NCBI GenBank assembly: GCA_038850285.1
Contig: JAWCMA010000003.1
Span: 1-56,212 of the forward strand
Reading direction: 5' to 3'
Length of the DNA: 56,212 nt
Source: Methanocellales archaeon
GTDB taxonomy: Archaea > Halobacteriota > JAWCLZ01
The notes under the pieces are model-generated. The model made no database searches. It was not told the origin of the DNA and saw nothing but the letters and a program-made list of their open reading frames with translations. This document shows, one piece after another, positions 27,203-36,588 of the stretch. A program made the translations under genes and the position numbers. Each line of letters begins with the position of its first letter. Positions within the stretch are counted from its first letter, which is position 1.

Positions 27203-27846
27203 AGCCTTTTTTTTATAATTCTCAAGCGGAGGTATATAAAGGCTATTAGGAGTAATAATGCGATTATTATAGCTATATAGGGTGCTTCAGCGTAGATCAA
27301 TTTTATCAAATCCATTGCTAGGCTAACTGTTACCGCCCATATCACAGAGGAAGATAGAGAGGCGACTAGGACTATGGGAAAAATTTGGTTCATTTTGAAT
27401 CCGAAGAGCTTTGCAATGCAAGCTGCTGTTAAAGCACCGGTTACTTGTAGAGGCACGAAGCATAGTACGAAGATTCCTATCAAGCCATATTTCCTCACAG
27501 GATTGTCTTTCTCCTGCTGCACCTTCTCCAGTCGCTTTATTGGTTCCGAGAGTAAGCGAGTTCTCTTAAGCTCGCTGTGAAACATCACGAATATGGGATA
27601 GCCCATGAATAGCACGAATACATCCTCAACTGCACTGCCAATTATCATCGTTGCCAGCGGTATTCCTTGAGCTGCACCGGAGATCATTGCCACTTCTCTG
27701 CCTACGAAAAATTGAGTGAGTGCTATGAAGCCCATTTGCGCTAGGAATTCAACTTTATAGAAATAGGAAAGCAGGGAAATAACTATTAAGCCTAAAACTC
27801 CGATTACAAATACAATTGTTAAGTTAAATCTATTCTCTTCAAGCAT
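27199..27846 (-). CDS. polytopic membrane protein, family uncertain
   Basis: Five or six hydrophobic helices. It possibly resembles small multidrug-export-like proteins, but I am not confident of the family. Confidence 0.6.
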   Translation of the reverse strand: MLEENRFNLTIVFVIGVLGLIVISLLSYFYKVEFLAQMGFIALTQFFVGREVAMISGAAQGIPLATMIIGSAVEDVFVLFMGYPIFVMFHSELKRTRLLSEPIKRLEKVQQEKDNPVRKYGLIGIFVLCFVPLQVTGALTAACIAKLFGFKMNQIFPIVLVASLSSSVIWAVTVSLAMDLIKLIYAEAPYIAIIIALLLLIAFIYLRLRIIKKRL

Positions 27847-28030
27847 CTCTACTACCTACTCCTGCGCGATATTCAATTTTTTCATTGTTTTTACTTGAAA
27901 CCAAAAATAATAAATTTTCATAAATTGAATCTTTTTGTTAATTATTGCAAATTTTTTCCTTATTATTATCATTATCAGCAAAATATTTATACGTTAAATT
28001 AATTATCATTAATATGAACTGGGGAGTTCT

Positions 28031-29791
28031 GTGGAGAAGGAAAAAGGCGCTGTCAAAAGAAGTCCAGAGGAAATCCGGTTACTACTTAGCCAGCTTCAGA
28101 TAGATGCAGCTGCGAAAGAAAAGCGGGAAGAACTTACCTTAGATTCAAAAGCTGCTGCTGAAACGCCAGTAATAGAAATCCCTAGAGAAGAAATCCATAG
28201 AGAAGGAAAAAAGAAAAAAATCGGACTTAAATGGCTATTCAAGAAACCTGAGCTTAAAAAGCAGGAAATTAAGATTGAAAAATACGATCCTGAGAAGCAT
28301 GGAGTAATAACTCACTTTGAGGGCATACCAGGCTATGAGGAAGTTGAGCGCTACTGGGTAACTGAGCCTTATGCTTTTGTTACAATACTCTACAGCAGAG
28401 AAAAAAATGAATATCTCTACCACGTGGTTGAACCAGCGCTAACTCCCTTTGAAAAAACCCTGCTTGAAGAGGTTCACGATCGCCTAGAGGATATCTTAAT
28501 ATTAGAGGACATCGATGCCTCCTTGGATAAAGAAAGCATTTTAGAACAGAAAACCGCTGCTATAATAAAGGACTACATAGGTGAAGTTGAGCCTCTTACG
28601 CTCTACAAAATCCTTTACTATGTGAAAAGGAACTTCGTAGATCTAGGGAGAATAACACCTTTAATGAATGATCAATTCATAGAAGATATATCCTGCAATG
28701 GCGCAGGCATACCACTCTATCTTTTCCATAAAAATTATGAAAATATTGTGACAAATATAATTTTCGAAGAGGAAGAATTGAATTCATTTGTAATACGCTT
28801 AGCTCAGCGCTGCGGTAAGCATATTTCAATAGCAGAGCCAATGGTGGATTCTACAATGCCAGATGGCTCAAGAATACAAATGACACTTGGCAAAGAAGTC
28901 ACAACTAAGGGAAGCACTTTTACCATAAGAAAATTCAAGGAAATCCCAATAACCGCTGTAGACTTAATAGTTTGGGGAACCTTCAACTCCGAGATAATGG
29001 CCTATCTCTGGCTAGCAATTGAAAATAACAAAAGCTTAATCTTCGCAGGAGGCACCGCCTCAGGGAAAACCACAACTTTAAATGCAGTAGCACTTTTCAT
29101 CCCTCCTAGAGCAAAAATTGTTACTCTTGAAGATACAAGAGAGCTAAAGCTACCTCATCAAAACTGGATCCCTGGGGTAACTAGAGACTCTTTCACAGCT
29201 GATGGGAGAGGAGCCATCGATATGTATGAGCTATTGAGAGCTGCACTTAGACAGCGCCCTGAATACCTCATCGTGGGAGAAGTCCGAGGCAAAGAAGCAC
29301 TCACGCTCTTCCAAGCAATGAGCACAGGCCACACCACTTTTTCAACAATGCACGCTGACTCCGTAGCCTCAGCCATACATAGACTTGAAAATCCCCCAAT
29401 TAGCGTCCCGCGTTCCATGATTCAAGCCCTCAATATTATGAGCATACAAGCTCAGACATATACCAAGGGGAAGCGCGTTAGGCGGAATTTGAAGATAGTT
29501 GAAATCACTGATATAGATCCAGTTACTAGGAACATACGCACAGTGGATATCTACGCCTGGGACTCAGTTACCGATAGATTTGAAAGAGTTGGAGATTCAA
29601 AAGTACTCAGAGACATAGCTGAACGCCGAGGCTGGACTAGGTATCAGCTTCAAGAGGAACTTAAAAGAAGGCAAGATATCTTGGAATACATGGTGAAGCA
29701 CAAGATAAGAGATTACTACACTATTTCAACGATTATACAGGAGTACTACATCAATCCCGAGAAAACCTTGAGGAAATTGAAGTTAGGGTGA
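28031..29791 (+). CDS. type IV filament / archaellum-type secretion ATPase (ArlI/PilB/VirB11-like)
   Basis: Walker A GGTASGKTTTLNA, RPEYLIVGEVRGKEA, His-box-like TGHTTFSTMHA. About 100 aa of K/E-rich N-terminal extension. GTG start preceded by GGGGAG. Confidence 0.9.
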   Translation: MEKEKGAVKRSPEEIRLLLSQLQIDAAAKEKREELTLDSKAAAETPVIEIPREEIHREGKKKKIGLKWLFKKPELKKQEIKIEKYDPEKHGVITHFEGIPGYEEVERYWVTEPYAFVTILYSREKNEYLYHVVEPALTPFEKTLLEEVHDRLEDILILEDIDASLDKESILEQKTAAIIKDYIGEVEPLTLYKILYYVKRNFVDLGRITPLMNDQFIEDISCNGAGIPLYLFHKNYENIVTNIIFEEEELNSFVIRLAQRCGKHISIAEPMVDSTMPDGSRIQMTLGKEVTTKGSTFTIRKFKEIPITAVDLIVWGTFNSEIMAYLWLAIENNKSLIFAGGTASGKTTTLNAVALFIPPRAKIVTLEDTRELKLPHQNWIPGVTRDSFTADGRGAIDMYELLRAALRQRPEYLIVGEVRGKEALTLFQAMSTGHTTFSTMHADSVASAIHRLENPPISVPRSMIQALNIMSIQAQTYTKGKRVRRNLKIVEITDIDPVTRNIRTVDIYAWDSVTDRFERVGDSKVLRDIAERRGWTRYQLQEELKRRQDILEYMVKHKIRDYYTISTIIQEYYINPEKTLRKLKLG

Positions 29792-31734
29792 ATATGAATA
29801 GCATAGAAAAATTTGCATATAAACTCTTCGGCGGAGAAGTGAAAAAAAAGAAGCCTAAATACTATAATTTGCAGAAGAAACTCAGGCAGGCTAGAATAGC
29901 TAGACCTTGGGATGTCTATGTTTCAACCGCAATGCTTTACTCCGCGATTGCAAGTTTAATTGGAGCTATAATAGGCGCTATAGCAGCATATGTGGCAGTA
30001 GTGCTAGTAGGTCTACCCAGGGAATTAACCAAGCTATACCTCCCGCCTGAACTCACTTGGTTGCTTCAATATCGCGATTTCATAGTGGCTTTATTTATCT
30101 TCTCAAGCTTTTCGTTGATCTTCGGAATTGCAGCTTATTTTTTAGTAATGATGCTCCCAGCGTTTATAGCTAATGAAAGGAAGCGAAAGATCCAGAGAAA
30201 TCTACCATATGCAGTTACCTTCATGTATGCATTAAGCAGGGGGGGAATGAATATCATAGAAATACTTCAAGCACTAGCAGCTAGCTCAAATACCTATGGC
30301 GAGGTCTCGAGGGAAGCCTCCCTTATTTTAAGAGACATGGAATACTTCGGCCACGACTTGAGAAGTGCACTGCAAAATGCAATTTTACTCTCCCCATCAG
30401 AGGGTTTTCAAGAACTCCTAGCCAATTTGGTATCAGTTATAGATAGCGGAGGTGATATAACCAAATACTTGGAGGATAAAGCCGAGCAACTTCACATTCG
30501 CGCAGTTCAAGAGCAAAAAGGCTTCCTTGAAACCCTTGGTTTAATCGCTGAATCCTATGTCACAGCCTTCGTCGCTGGACCCCTTTTCATAATCATCATG
30601 ACAACAGTGATGACACTCATAGGAGGCGCCAGTGAAACAATGCTCCATGTAATAGCCTATGTAGTTGTACCAGTTGGAAGTGCAATGTTCGTGATATTAA
30701 TAAACATAATAACACCCTCAGATGAAACAAAGACAGCGCTATTCTCAGAAGAAAAAATAGAGGTATATAAACGAGAGAGAGTGGCTGAACCAGAAGAAGA
30801 TGAAAGCAGGAAATTTGAATTGATTCAAAAGGCAAAGAAAACCCTAGCATTAAGAGAATTCCTCTCCAATCCACTGAAGCCAATTAAAGAAAAACCCCTG
30901 CTCTCATTAATATTAAGCGTGCCAGCTGCAGCTATATTCTTCGCAGCTGAAGTACTTCTCCATATAAATGATCTCACAATCGCTGCTCTAGATGACTATA
31001 TAGTTTTCAGCATCTTAATTGCCCTAGCACCTCTATCATTTTTCCATGAATTAAAAATCAGAAGGGAAAATAAAATTCAAGCAGAAATGCCTGATTTCTT
31101 GAAGAAACTCGCCACCACAAATGAAACTGGCATGACTCTCTCTCAATCAATTGCCTTAATATCCAAAACTAATTATGGCGTGCTAGGCCAAGAAGTCAAA
31201 AAAATGTGGCGCGATATGGAATGGGGGGCCTCGGTGACTCAAGCACTCATTAGATTTGCAAATAGAGTTCGAACAAGTCTAGCTACCCGCATTGTAACTC
31301 TAATTACAAAGGCAAGTGAATCCACTGGGGATATAGGAATAGTGCTAAATATAGCGGCAAAAGACGCAGCGATGAGCCAGCAATTGAGAAGAGAGAGGAT
31401 TCAAAATATGTTCATCTATGTAGTTATAATCTACATATCATTCTTGGTATTCGTTGCAATAGTATTCATCCTCTCCTCAACTTTTCTACCTGTAATGGCA
31501 AGTGCCGGATCAAAAGTACAGGCCACTAAAACCGCTAGAGCAGCAGTTATGCTAAAAGGCTTCGACCTTTTAAAGTACAATAGACTGTTCTTCCACTCAG
31601 CAGTCATCCAAGGCTTTTGCTCAGGCTTAATAGCAGGTCAAATGGGAGAGGGCAATGTTTTCTCAGGATTGAAGCATTCCCTTATAATGATGATAATCAG
31701 CTACCTGCTATTCACATTATTGATCGGAGTATGA
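29788..31734 (+). CDS. polytopic platform protein with two T2SS-F-like repeats (ArlJ/PilC/TadC-like)
   Basis: Two repeats (LPYAVTFMYALSRGGMNIIEIL... and MPDFLKKLATTNETGMTLSQSI...), each followed by TM helices. It overlaps the ATPase gene by 4 nt. Confidence 0.88.
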   Translation: MNMNSIEKFAYKLFGGEVKKKKPKYYNLQKKLRQARIARPWDVYVSTAMLYSAIASLIGAIIGAIAAYVAVVLVGLPRELTKLYLPPELTWLLQYRDFIVALFIFSSFSLIFGIAAYFLVMMLPAFIANERKRKIQRNLPYAVTFMYALSRGGMNIIEILQALAASSNTYGEVSREASLILRDMEYFGHDLRSALQNAILLSPSEGFQELLANLVSVIDSGGDITKYLEDKAEQLHIRAVQEQKGFLETLGLIAESYVTAFVAGPLFIIIMTTVMTLIGGASETMLHVIAYVVVPVGSAMFVILINIITPSDETKTALFSEEKIEVYKRERVAEPEEDESRKFELIQKAKKTLALREFLSNPLKPIKEKPLLSLILSVPAAAIFFAAEVLLHINDLTIAALDDYIVFSILIALAPLSFFHELKIRRENKIQAEMPDFLKKLATTNETGMTLSQSIALISKTNYGVLGQEVKKMWRDMEWGASVTQALIRFANRVRTSLATRIVTLITKASESTGDIGIVLNIAAKDAAMSQQLRRERIQNMFIYVVIIYISFLVFVAIVFILSSTFLPVMASAGSKVQATKTARAAVMLKGFDLLKYNRLFFHSAVIQGFCSGLIAGQMGEGNVFSGLKHSLIMMIISYLLFTLLIGV

Positions 31735-32522
31735 ATACCCACGAATATAAACACGAATATAAACAGCTTAAACAAGATATTTATTATAAAAAAGCTAACT
31801 TAGAGATTAAAAGCTCGAGGCGTGCATCTACAGTGAAGAAATCAACTGGAATAGAAATCCTCGACAAAAACCTTGGAGGAGGCATACCATCAGGCTCAAT
31901 AGTATATTTCACCTCCGATCCAAAATCAATGTCAGAGGTATTCCTATTCCACTTCACCACTCCTCGCATAACTTATTACTTTGCAACAGATAGAAGACCT
32001 AAATACATAGAAGAAGACATTCGAAGGCTTGACTTTGACGCTAGCAATATTCGCTTTATAGATATATATAAAATGTACTATGAAGACGCTGCCTCTCTAG
32101 GTTTAGAGCGAGAAAATATAGATAATTACATCCTCGAGTTCTTAGAAAATGAACTTCAAAGTTTATATTTAAATGGCGAGAAAGACTTCACTTGCATCAT
32201 AGATTCCTTCTCATTCTTCCTAGAGTTAAATATCAACTTCAATCGAATTAAAAGTACCATTAACTTGATCTACGAGGTCATAAAAAACACTGAGAGCATC
32301 TGCTATCTCTACATACTTAAAGGCGTGCATGATCAAAAAATCGAGAACTTGCTCTTAAACATCTCAGACGTGGTTTTCGACATAGAAATTGAGAAAAAAG
32401 GCGAAAAAATTGCCAATAAACTTTCAATACCAAAAATAAGAGGCACCATACCAACAACTGACTTCATAAAATTCAAAATAGCAGAAGGAGTTATAATTGA
32501 TACCTCGAGAGATATAGCATAG
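31731..32522 (+). CDS. KaiC/ArlH(FlaH)-like RecA-fold protein with degenerate P-loop
   Basis: GIEILDKNLGGGIPSGSIVYFTSDPKSMSEVFLFHF: the P-loop position lacks G-K-[ST]. It has a Walker-B-like IIDSFSFF and a C-terminal PKIRG. The ATG at 31731 forms an ATGA overlap with the platform-gene stop. The track's start at 31617 lies inside the platform gene. Confidence 0.75.
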   Translation: MNTHEYKHEYKQLKQDIYYKKANLEIKSSRRASTVKKSTGIEILDKNLGGGIPSGSIVYFTSDPKSMSEVFLFHFTTPRITYYFATDRRPKYIEEDIRRLDFDASNIRFIDIYKMYYEDAASLGLERENIDNYILEFLENELQSLYLNGEKDFTCIIDSFSFFLELNINFNRIKSTINLIYEVIKNTESICYLYILKGVHDQKIENLLLNISDVVFDIEIEKKGEKIANKLSIPKIRGTIPTTDFIKFKIAEGVIIDTSRDIA

Positions 32523-32555
32523 GGGAAAAGAAAGAGAGAGTAGTTCAAACTATTT

Positions 32556-33239
32556 CTATTTCTTTTCTAATTCTAATTTCTTATGGCAAAGCCACCAGTC
32601 ATAATACTCAAATTCGCCTGCTTTTGCTTTTTCAAGGCGCTCTTTTGCGGTTTTCACATCCCTAGCTGGTGGAATAATTACGTGGTCTTTCACTATCTCG
32701 TTATTTGGCCAGTTAGCAGGCATAGCCACATTGTATTTATCAGCTATCTGCATAGCTTCCACTATCCTTAGGATCTCATCCATATTTCTGCCTAATTCCT
32801 GTGGATAATAAAGGATAATTCGTATTTTTGCTTTGTCGTCTACAACAAAAACCGCTCTAACTGTGTTTGTTCCTTTCCCGGGATGAATAAGCCCAAGCAT
32901 CTCCGCAATTGCTCCCGTATCGGCAATTATCGGAAATTGAATTTCCACGCCAAGCTTTTCCTTTATCCATTCTTCCCACTTTATGTGGGAAAAAACTTGA
33001 TCCATACTAAGACCAATGAGTTCACAATTTAATGCTTTGAATTTTTCGTATCTCTTTTGAAAAGCAACGAATTCTGTTGTACAAACAGGCGTGAAATCTG
33101 CGGGATGGCTGAAAAGAACAAACCATTTTCCAGAAAAAGCCTTTGGAAGTTCCATCACTCCATGAGTGGTTTGCACTTTCATTTCCGGGAAATTATCCCC
33201 CAAAAGGGGCATGCTTTTCTTTCCTTGTATATTTTCCAT
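32556..33239 (-). CDS. peroxiredoxin (1-Cys/Prx6-like AhpC-TSA family)
   Basis: Active site [12 protein letters not shown], 227 aa. Confidence 0.93.
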   Translation of the reverse strand: MENIQGKKSMPLLGDNFPEMKVQTTHGVMELPKAFSGKWFVLFSHPADFTPVCTTEFVAFQKRYEKFKALNCELIGLSMDQVFSHIKWEEWIKEKLGVEIQFPIIADTGAIAEMLGLIHPGKGTNTVRAVFVVDDKAKIRIILYYPQELGRNMDEILRIVEAMQIADKYNVAMPANWPNNEIVKDHVIIPPARDVKTAKERLEKAKAGEFEYYDWWLCHKKLELEKK

Positions 33240-33320
33240 AATTTTTCTCCCCTAATTTTAACTGTTTTCAGATTCAACTAGGAATATTTAAAATTACTGC
33301 TGATAACTGCATTCGATAAA

Positions 33321-34058
33321 TTAACCTAGTTCTTCAATCGAAGCAGTGATTAGATTTCTTAAATTCTTCATTCGAGCTATAAAGAGCTTCTCTGGAAATT
33401 GAGTATCAAGTGGCTTAGAATAATAGCATATAGTGGCTGCAGTTCGATTTAGCTTAAGTCTTGCAGACTCCGGAAGCACACACCATTTTTCAAGAATAGC
33501 GTTGAACATCCTCATAATTTTAGTATATTTATCCACACCTTGCTCTTTCAAGAAGGACTTAATCGTATAAGTTCTTCCCTCACCAACTCCTCTACATCCT
33601 TCATCTATAACGAATTTCTCTTTTCGGATTTTAGTTTTTTTATTTTTATCATTATTTATATCATAAGATCTACCCACTGGATATAACCTGCAAATGAGAG
33701 GCCTTGCAGGATAAATTTCACAGATTCCTTTTTTATTGAATTTACAGCAGGGATTGGTATCTAAAATGCAAATTGGGAAAAGAGAATTACCCTCGGTATC
33801 TCCCCTGCAATAATTTTTAATCAATTCCCCATTTGATATGCTTAGATATTGAGATATATTATCTATGTCATAGGGAGTGAGAAATATAATAACATTGGAG
33901 CAGCATTTAGGGTAGCAATCAAATTTGCATATAAATTTAAATTCATAGGTCTCTGGCACTGCTTCTTTTTCAAATTTCTCTTCCACAGCGCAAGTTAACT
34001 TCAGCCTTCCAATCATTAGAGGTTTCAAATAGTTAAGTTCAAATTCAAAGCTTTTCAA
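33321..34058 (-). CDS. YkgJ/UPF0153-type cysteine-cluster protein
   Basis: CKFDCYPKCCSN and CCKFN...GICEIYPARPLICRLYP match the CxxCxxCC zinc/iron-chelating family pattern. Confidence 0.75.
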   Translation of the reverse strand: MKSFEFELNYLKPLMIGRLKLTCAVEEKFEKEAVPETYEFKFICKFDCYPKCCSNVIIFLTPYDIDNISQYLSISNGELIKNYCRGDTEGNSLFPICILDTNPCCKFNKKGICEIYPARPLICRLYPVGRSYDINNDKNKKTKIRKEKFVIDEGCRGVGEGRTYTIKSFLKEQGVDKYTKIMRMFNAILEKWCVLPESARLKLNRTAATICYYSKPLDTQFPEKLFIARMKNLRNLITASIEELG

Positions 34059-34073
34059 TATTTTAATCAGGAT

Positions 34074-34826
34074 GTGATTGATATAAAAATTGCTGTCAGT
34101 GGGAAAGGTGGTGTGGGTAAAACAACCATTGCAGGCAGCCTGGCGAGATTGCTCGCTAGCGATGGATTGAGTGTGCTCGCAATTGATTGCGATCCAGATA
34201 TGAATCTTGCCTCTGCACTAGGTATAAGGGGAAATCCAAAGCCAATTTCAGAGTTAAAAGACCTAATTGCAGAGAGAGCAGGTGGAAGGAATGGGATATA
34301 TAAGCTCAATCCCAAGGTGGATGATGTGATTGATAAATATGCACTTAGTGCGCATGGCGTGCGCTTGATTGCAATGGGCACAATTGAGCGAGGGGGGAGT
34401 GGCTGTTTATGCCCGGCCTCAGCGTTTCTACGCGCGCTTATACGCCACGCGATTTTCAAGGAAAAAGTGGTGATCTTCGACATGGCCGCGGGAATAGAAC
34501 ACCTTGGAAGAGGCACCGCTGAGGGTGTTGACTTAATGCTTGCTGTGGTTGAACCTGGTATGCGCAGCCTAGAAACTGTAAAGAGAATTCAAAAACTCTG
34601 CGGAGAGCTGGGGATAAAGAAAATCGCTGGAGTTATCAATAAAGATGTGGGAAACACTAAAGTTGAGCAAGTGCTGGCGGAACTTGGAATTTCAGTGCTG
34701 GGTAAAATCCCATTTGACCCGGCTTTGGTTAAAGCAGACCTTGAAAAAATTCCACCTGTAGAAGTAGCCTGTCCCGCGAGAGAGGCATTGATTGAGTTGA
34801 AGGAAAATCTTAAAAAGTTGATTTAA
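34074..34826 (+). CDS. CooC/AcsF-like MinD-superfamily P-loop NTPase
   Basis: Deviant Walker A VSGKGGVGKTT and the metal-binding CxC motif GGSGCLCPA. GTG start. Confidence 0.85.
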   Translation: MIDIKIAVSGKGGVGKTTIAGSLARLLASDGLSVLAIDCDPDMNLASALGIRGNPKPISELKDLIAERAGGRNGIYKLNPKVDDVIDKYALSAHGVRLIAMGTIERGGSGCLCPASAFLRALIRHAIFKEKVVIFDMAAGIEHLGRGTAEGVDLMLAVVEPGMRSLETVKRIQKLCGELGIKKIAGVINKDVGNTKVEQVLAELGISVLGKIPFDPALVKADLEKIPPVEVACPAREALIELKENLKKLI

Positions 34827-35564
34827 ATGCAAGTAGGAGTTATAACGCGGGGTAAATATGGCAAGCGCTTGATCGAAGTAGTGAAAAATAAAACCCCATT
34901 TAAAGTTATCTCAATAGAACTACCAATATTGCTCCCTGAGTTCATCGATGATCCTGGGAAATTCTTGGATGAGCTAAAAATTAACAACGCAGTTTTCAAA
35001 GCAGATTTAATCATAAGTTATGCCTTGCACGCGGATTTAAATCCTGAGATAGTTAGAAGAGCAGCGCTGAGTGGAGCAAGGGCAGTTATAATAGCAGGTA
35101 CGAAGAACTCCTTAATTTACCAAGAACTAAGGAGGAAATATGATATAGCTCTAGAGGTAAGCGAGGTCTGCTGTTCGCTAGTGAATCCTGAGAATGAAGT
35201 GCTTGAGAAATGGTTTAAGTACTTTGGCATGCCCGAGTATGAAATCCAGGTTGAGGATGGCAGGATTAGTGAAGTTAAAGTAATTCGAAGCACACCCTGT
35301 GGGGGAAGCTACTACGTGGCTGAGAATCTCCTTGGCACCAAAGTTGAAGAAGCACCTAGAAAAGCAGCTTTACTGGTGCAATATTATCCATGTCGAGCCT
35401 CTCGAGGTTGGATCGATGGTAAATGCGGCGCGATCCATCTCTCAGGCGAGCTTCAAATGCGCGCAGTGGAGAGAGCGTTGGAGAAACGGTTGAATGTTAA
35501 AGTTAGCTCTGCGGATTCTCGGCAACGAGTTAATGAAAAATGGAAAATGGAAAAAAATATTTAA
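34827..35564 (+). CDS. Cys-containing hypothetical protein, possibly DUF166 family
   Basis: It starts on the nucleotide after the CooC-like stop. The CC, PCGGS and YYPCRAS motifs recall archaeal DUF166. The family call is from memory only. Confidence 0.5.
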   Translation: MQVGVITRGKYGKRLIEVVKNKTPFKVISIELPILLPEFIDDPGKFLDELKINNAVFKADLIISYALHADLNPEIVRRAALSGARAVIIAGTKNSLIYQELRRKYDIALEVSEVCCSLVNPENEVLEKWFKYFGMPEYEIQVEDGRISEVKVIRSTPCGGSYYVAENLLGTKVEEAPRKAALLVQYYPCRASRGWIDGKCGAIHLSGELQMRAVERALEKRLNVKVSSADSRQRVNEKWKMEKNI

Positions 35565-35618
35565 TATTATTGATATTAATATTATTAATTAAAATTTTTA
35601 ATATTTAAAATTGCTGAA

Positions 35619-36167
35619 TTAAATGCCTATGCCAATTGCTCTTGCTATGCCTGAAACGCCAGCTTGAACTACGAATGAAACTGCTAGTAGCACGCCAGCC
35701 ATCAATATTGCAACTGCGACGTTACCTTTTTTCAACTCTTCCATTTCATCGATTTCAACTGTTATCTTATCCAGTACATTTACTGCGATATAGATTGCAA
35801 CAACTGCTATTGCAATGCCAATTAAAAGCTGAATAACTCCAATGCCAGCGGCAATGATCAAAGCACCCCCGGTTTTGCCTGTAACCGCTTCTGATAGACC
35901 TGCAACACCACTTTGAACAACAGTTGCTATCGAGAAGATAACGGCAGCCATAAATATGCCCACTGCGATATTGCCATTCTTTAGTTCCTTCATTTCATCG
36001 ATGCCCTTCGTTAACTTATCCAGCAGCTTCAGACCTATATATACTGAACCCATTGCGAGTAATAGACCAATGATTAGCTGGCCAAAGCCAATCGTCAAGC
36101 CAATAAGCATATCCATTAAAGTCAATTCGATACCTCCTTTTTTAAAACTATCTAAATAGAGAAACAA
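35619..36167 (-). CDS. membrane protein with tandem DUF350-like repeats
   Basis: Two copies of LLDKxTxxIDEMxELKxGNxAV(G/A)I.MA.V, each flanked by TM helices. Confidence 0.7.
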   Translation of the reverse strand: MFLYLDSFKKGGIELTLMDMLIGLTIGFGQLIIGLLLAMGSVYIGLKLLDKLTKGIDEMKELKNGNIAVGIFMAAVIFSIATVVQSGVAGLSEAVTGKTGGALIIAAGIGVIQLLIGIAIAVVAIYIAVNVLDKITVEIDEMEELKKGNVAVAILMAGVLLAVSFVVQAGVSGIARAIGIGI

Positions 36168-36588
36168 GCTTAAATAATTTTTTATTATTTAATAAATAAT
36201 AATTATAATTAAATTAGAGTATATAAAACTCTTTCTCTCCAAGAAGCTCTAGGCTTTCTCTAAACAGGTTTTCCCGCTGAAGACTTTTGCTGAGATTATA
36301 GACTATGAGAAAAGAAATTTTTGATAGCACTTCAAGTCAACTTGAAGAATAGGATCAAGCGACTACGGTTAACTTTTTCTCCATCTCCATACATGCTAGG
36401 CGCTCTATCTCTCGCGAGCTATCTAGATGTAAGGAACCTCTCCAAGTTCATCTTAAAGCCAAGCTTTGTATTTCTTTGCTTTTGTCGTGCTATTTGGAGT
36501 TCTATTGTCAAATTTTAAAACTGCTTCTTGCACTGCTAATGCAATAGCTCTTATATTAATACTTTAACCTCAAGCAGCTAGCTCTTTA

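Noticed and set aside
31617-31730. Longer start for the KaiC/ArlH-like gene
   Set aside because: It lies inside the platform gene in another frame. The ATGA overlap at 31731 is the typical coupled start.
34067-34516. 149-aa minus-strand ORF
   Set aside because: It is antisense to the CooC-like gene, which has an unambiguous P-loop.
36321-36518. 65-aa + strand ORF in the metG-downstream spacer
   Set aside because: It has non-protein-like composition, no RBS and no family. The 7-bp hairpin CTTCAAG-TCAA-CTTGAAG (36330-36347) inside it is noted but has no adjacent T-run or clear owner gene.
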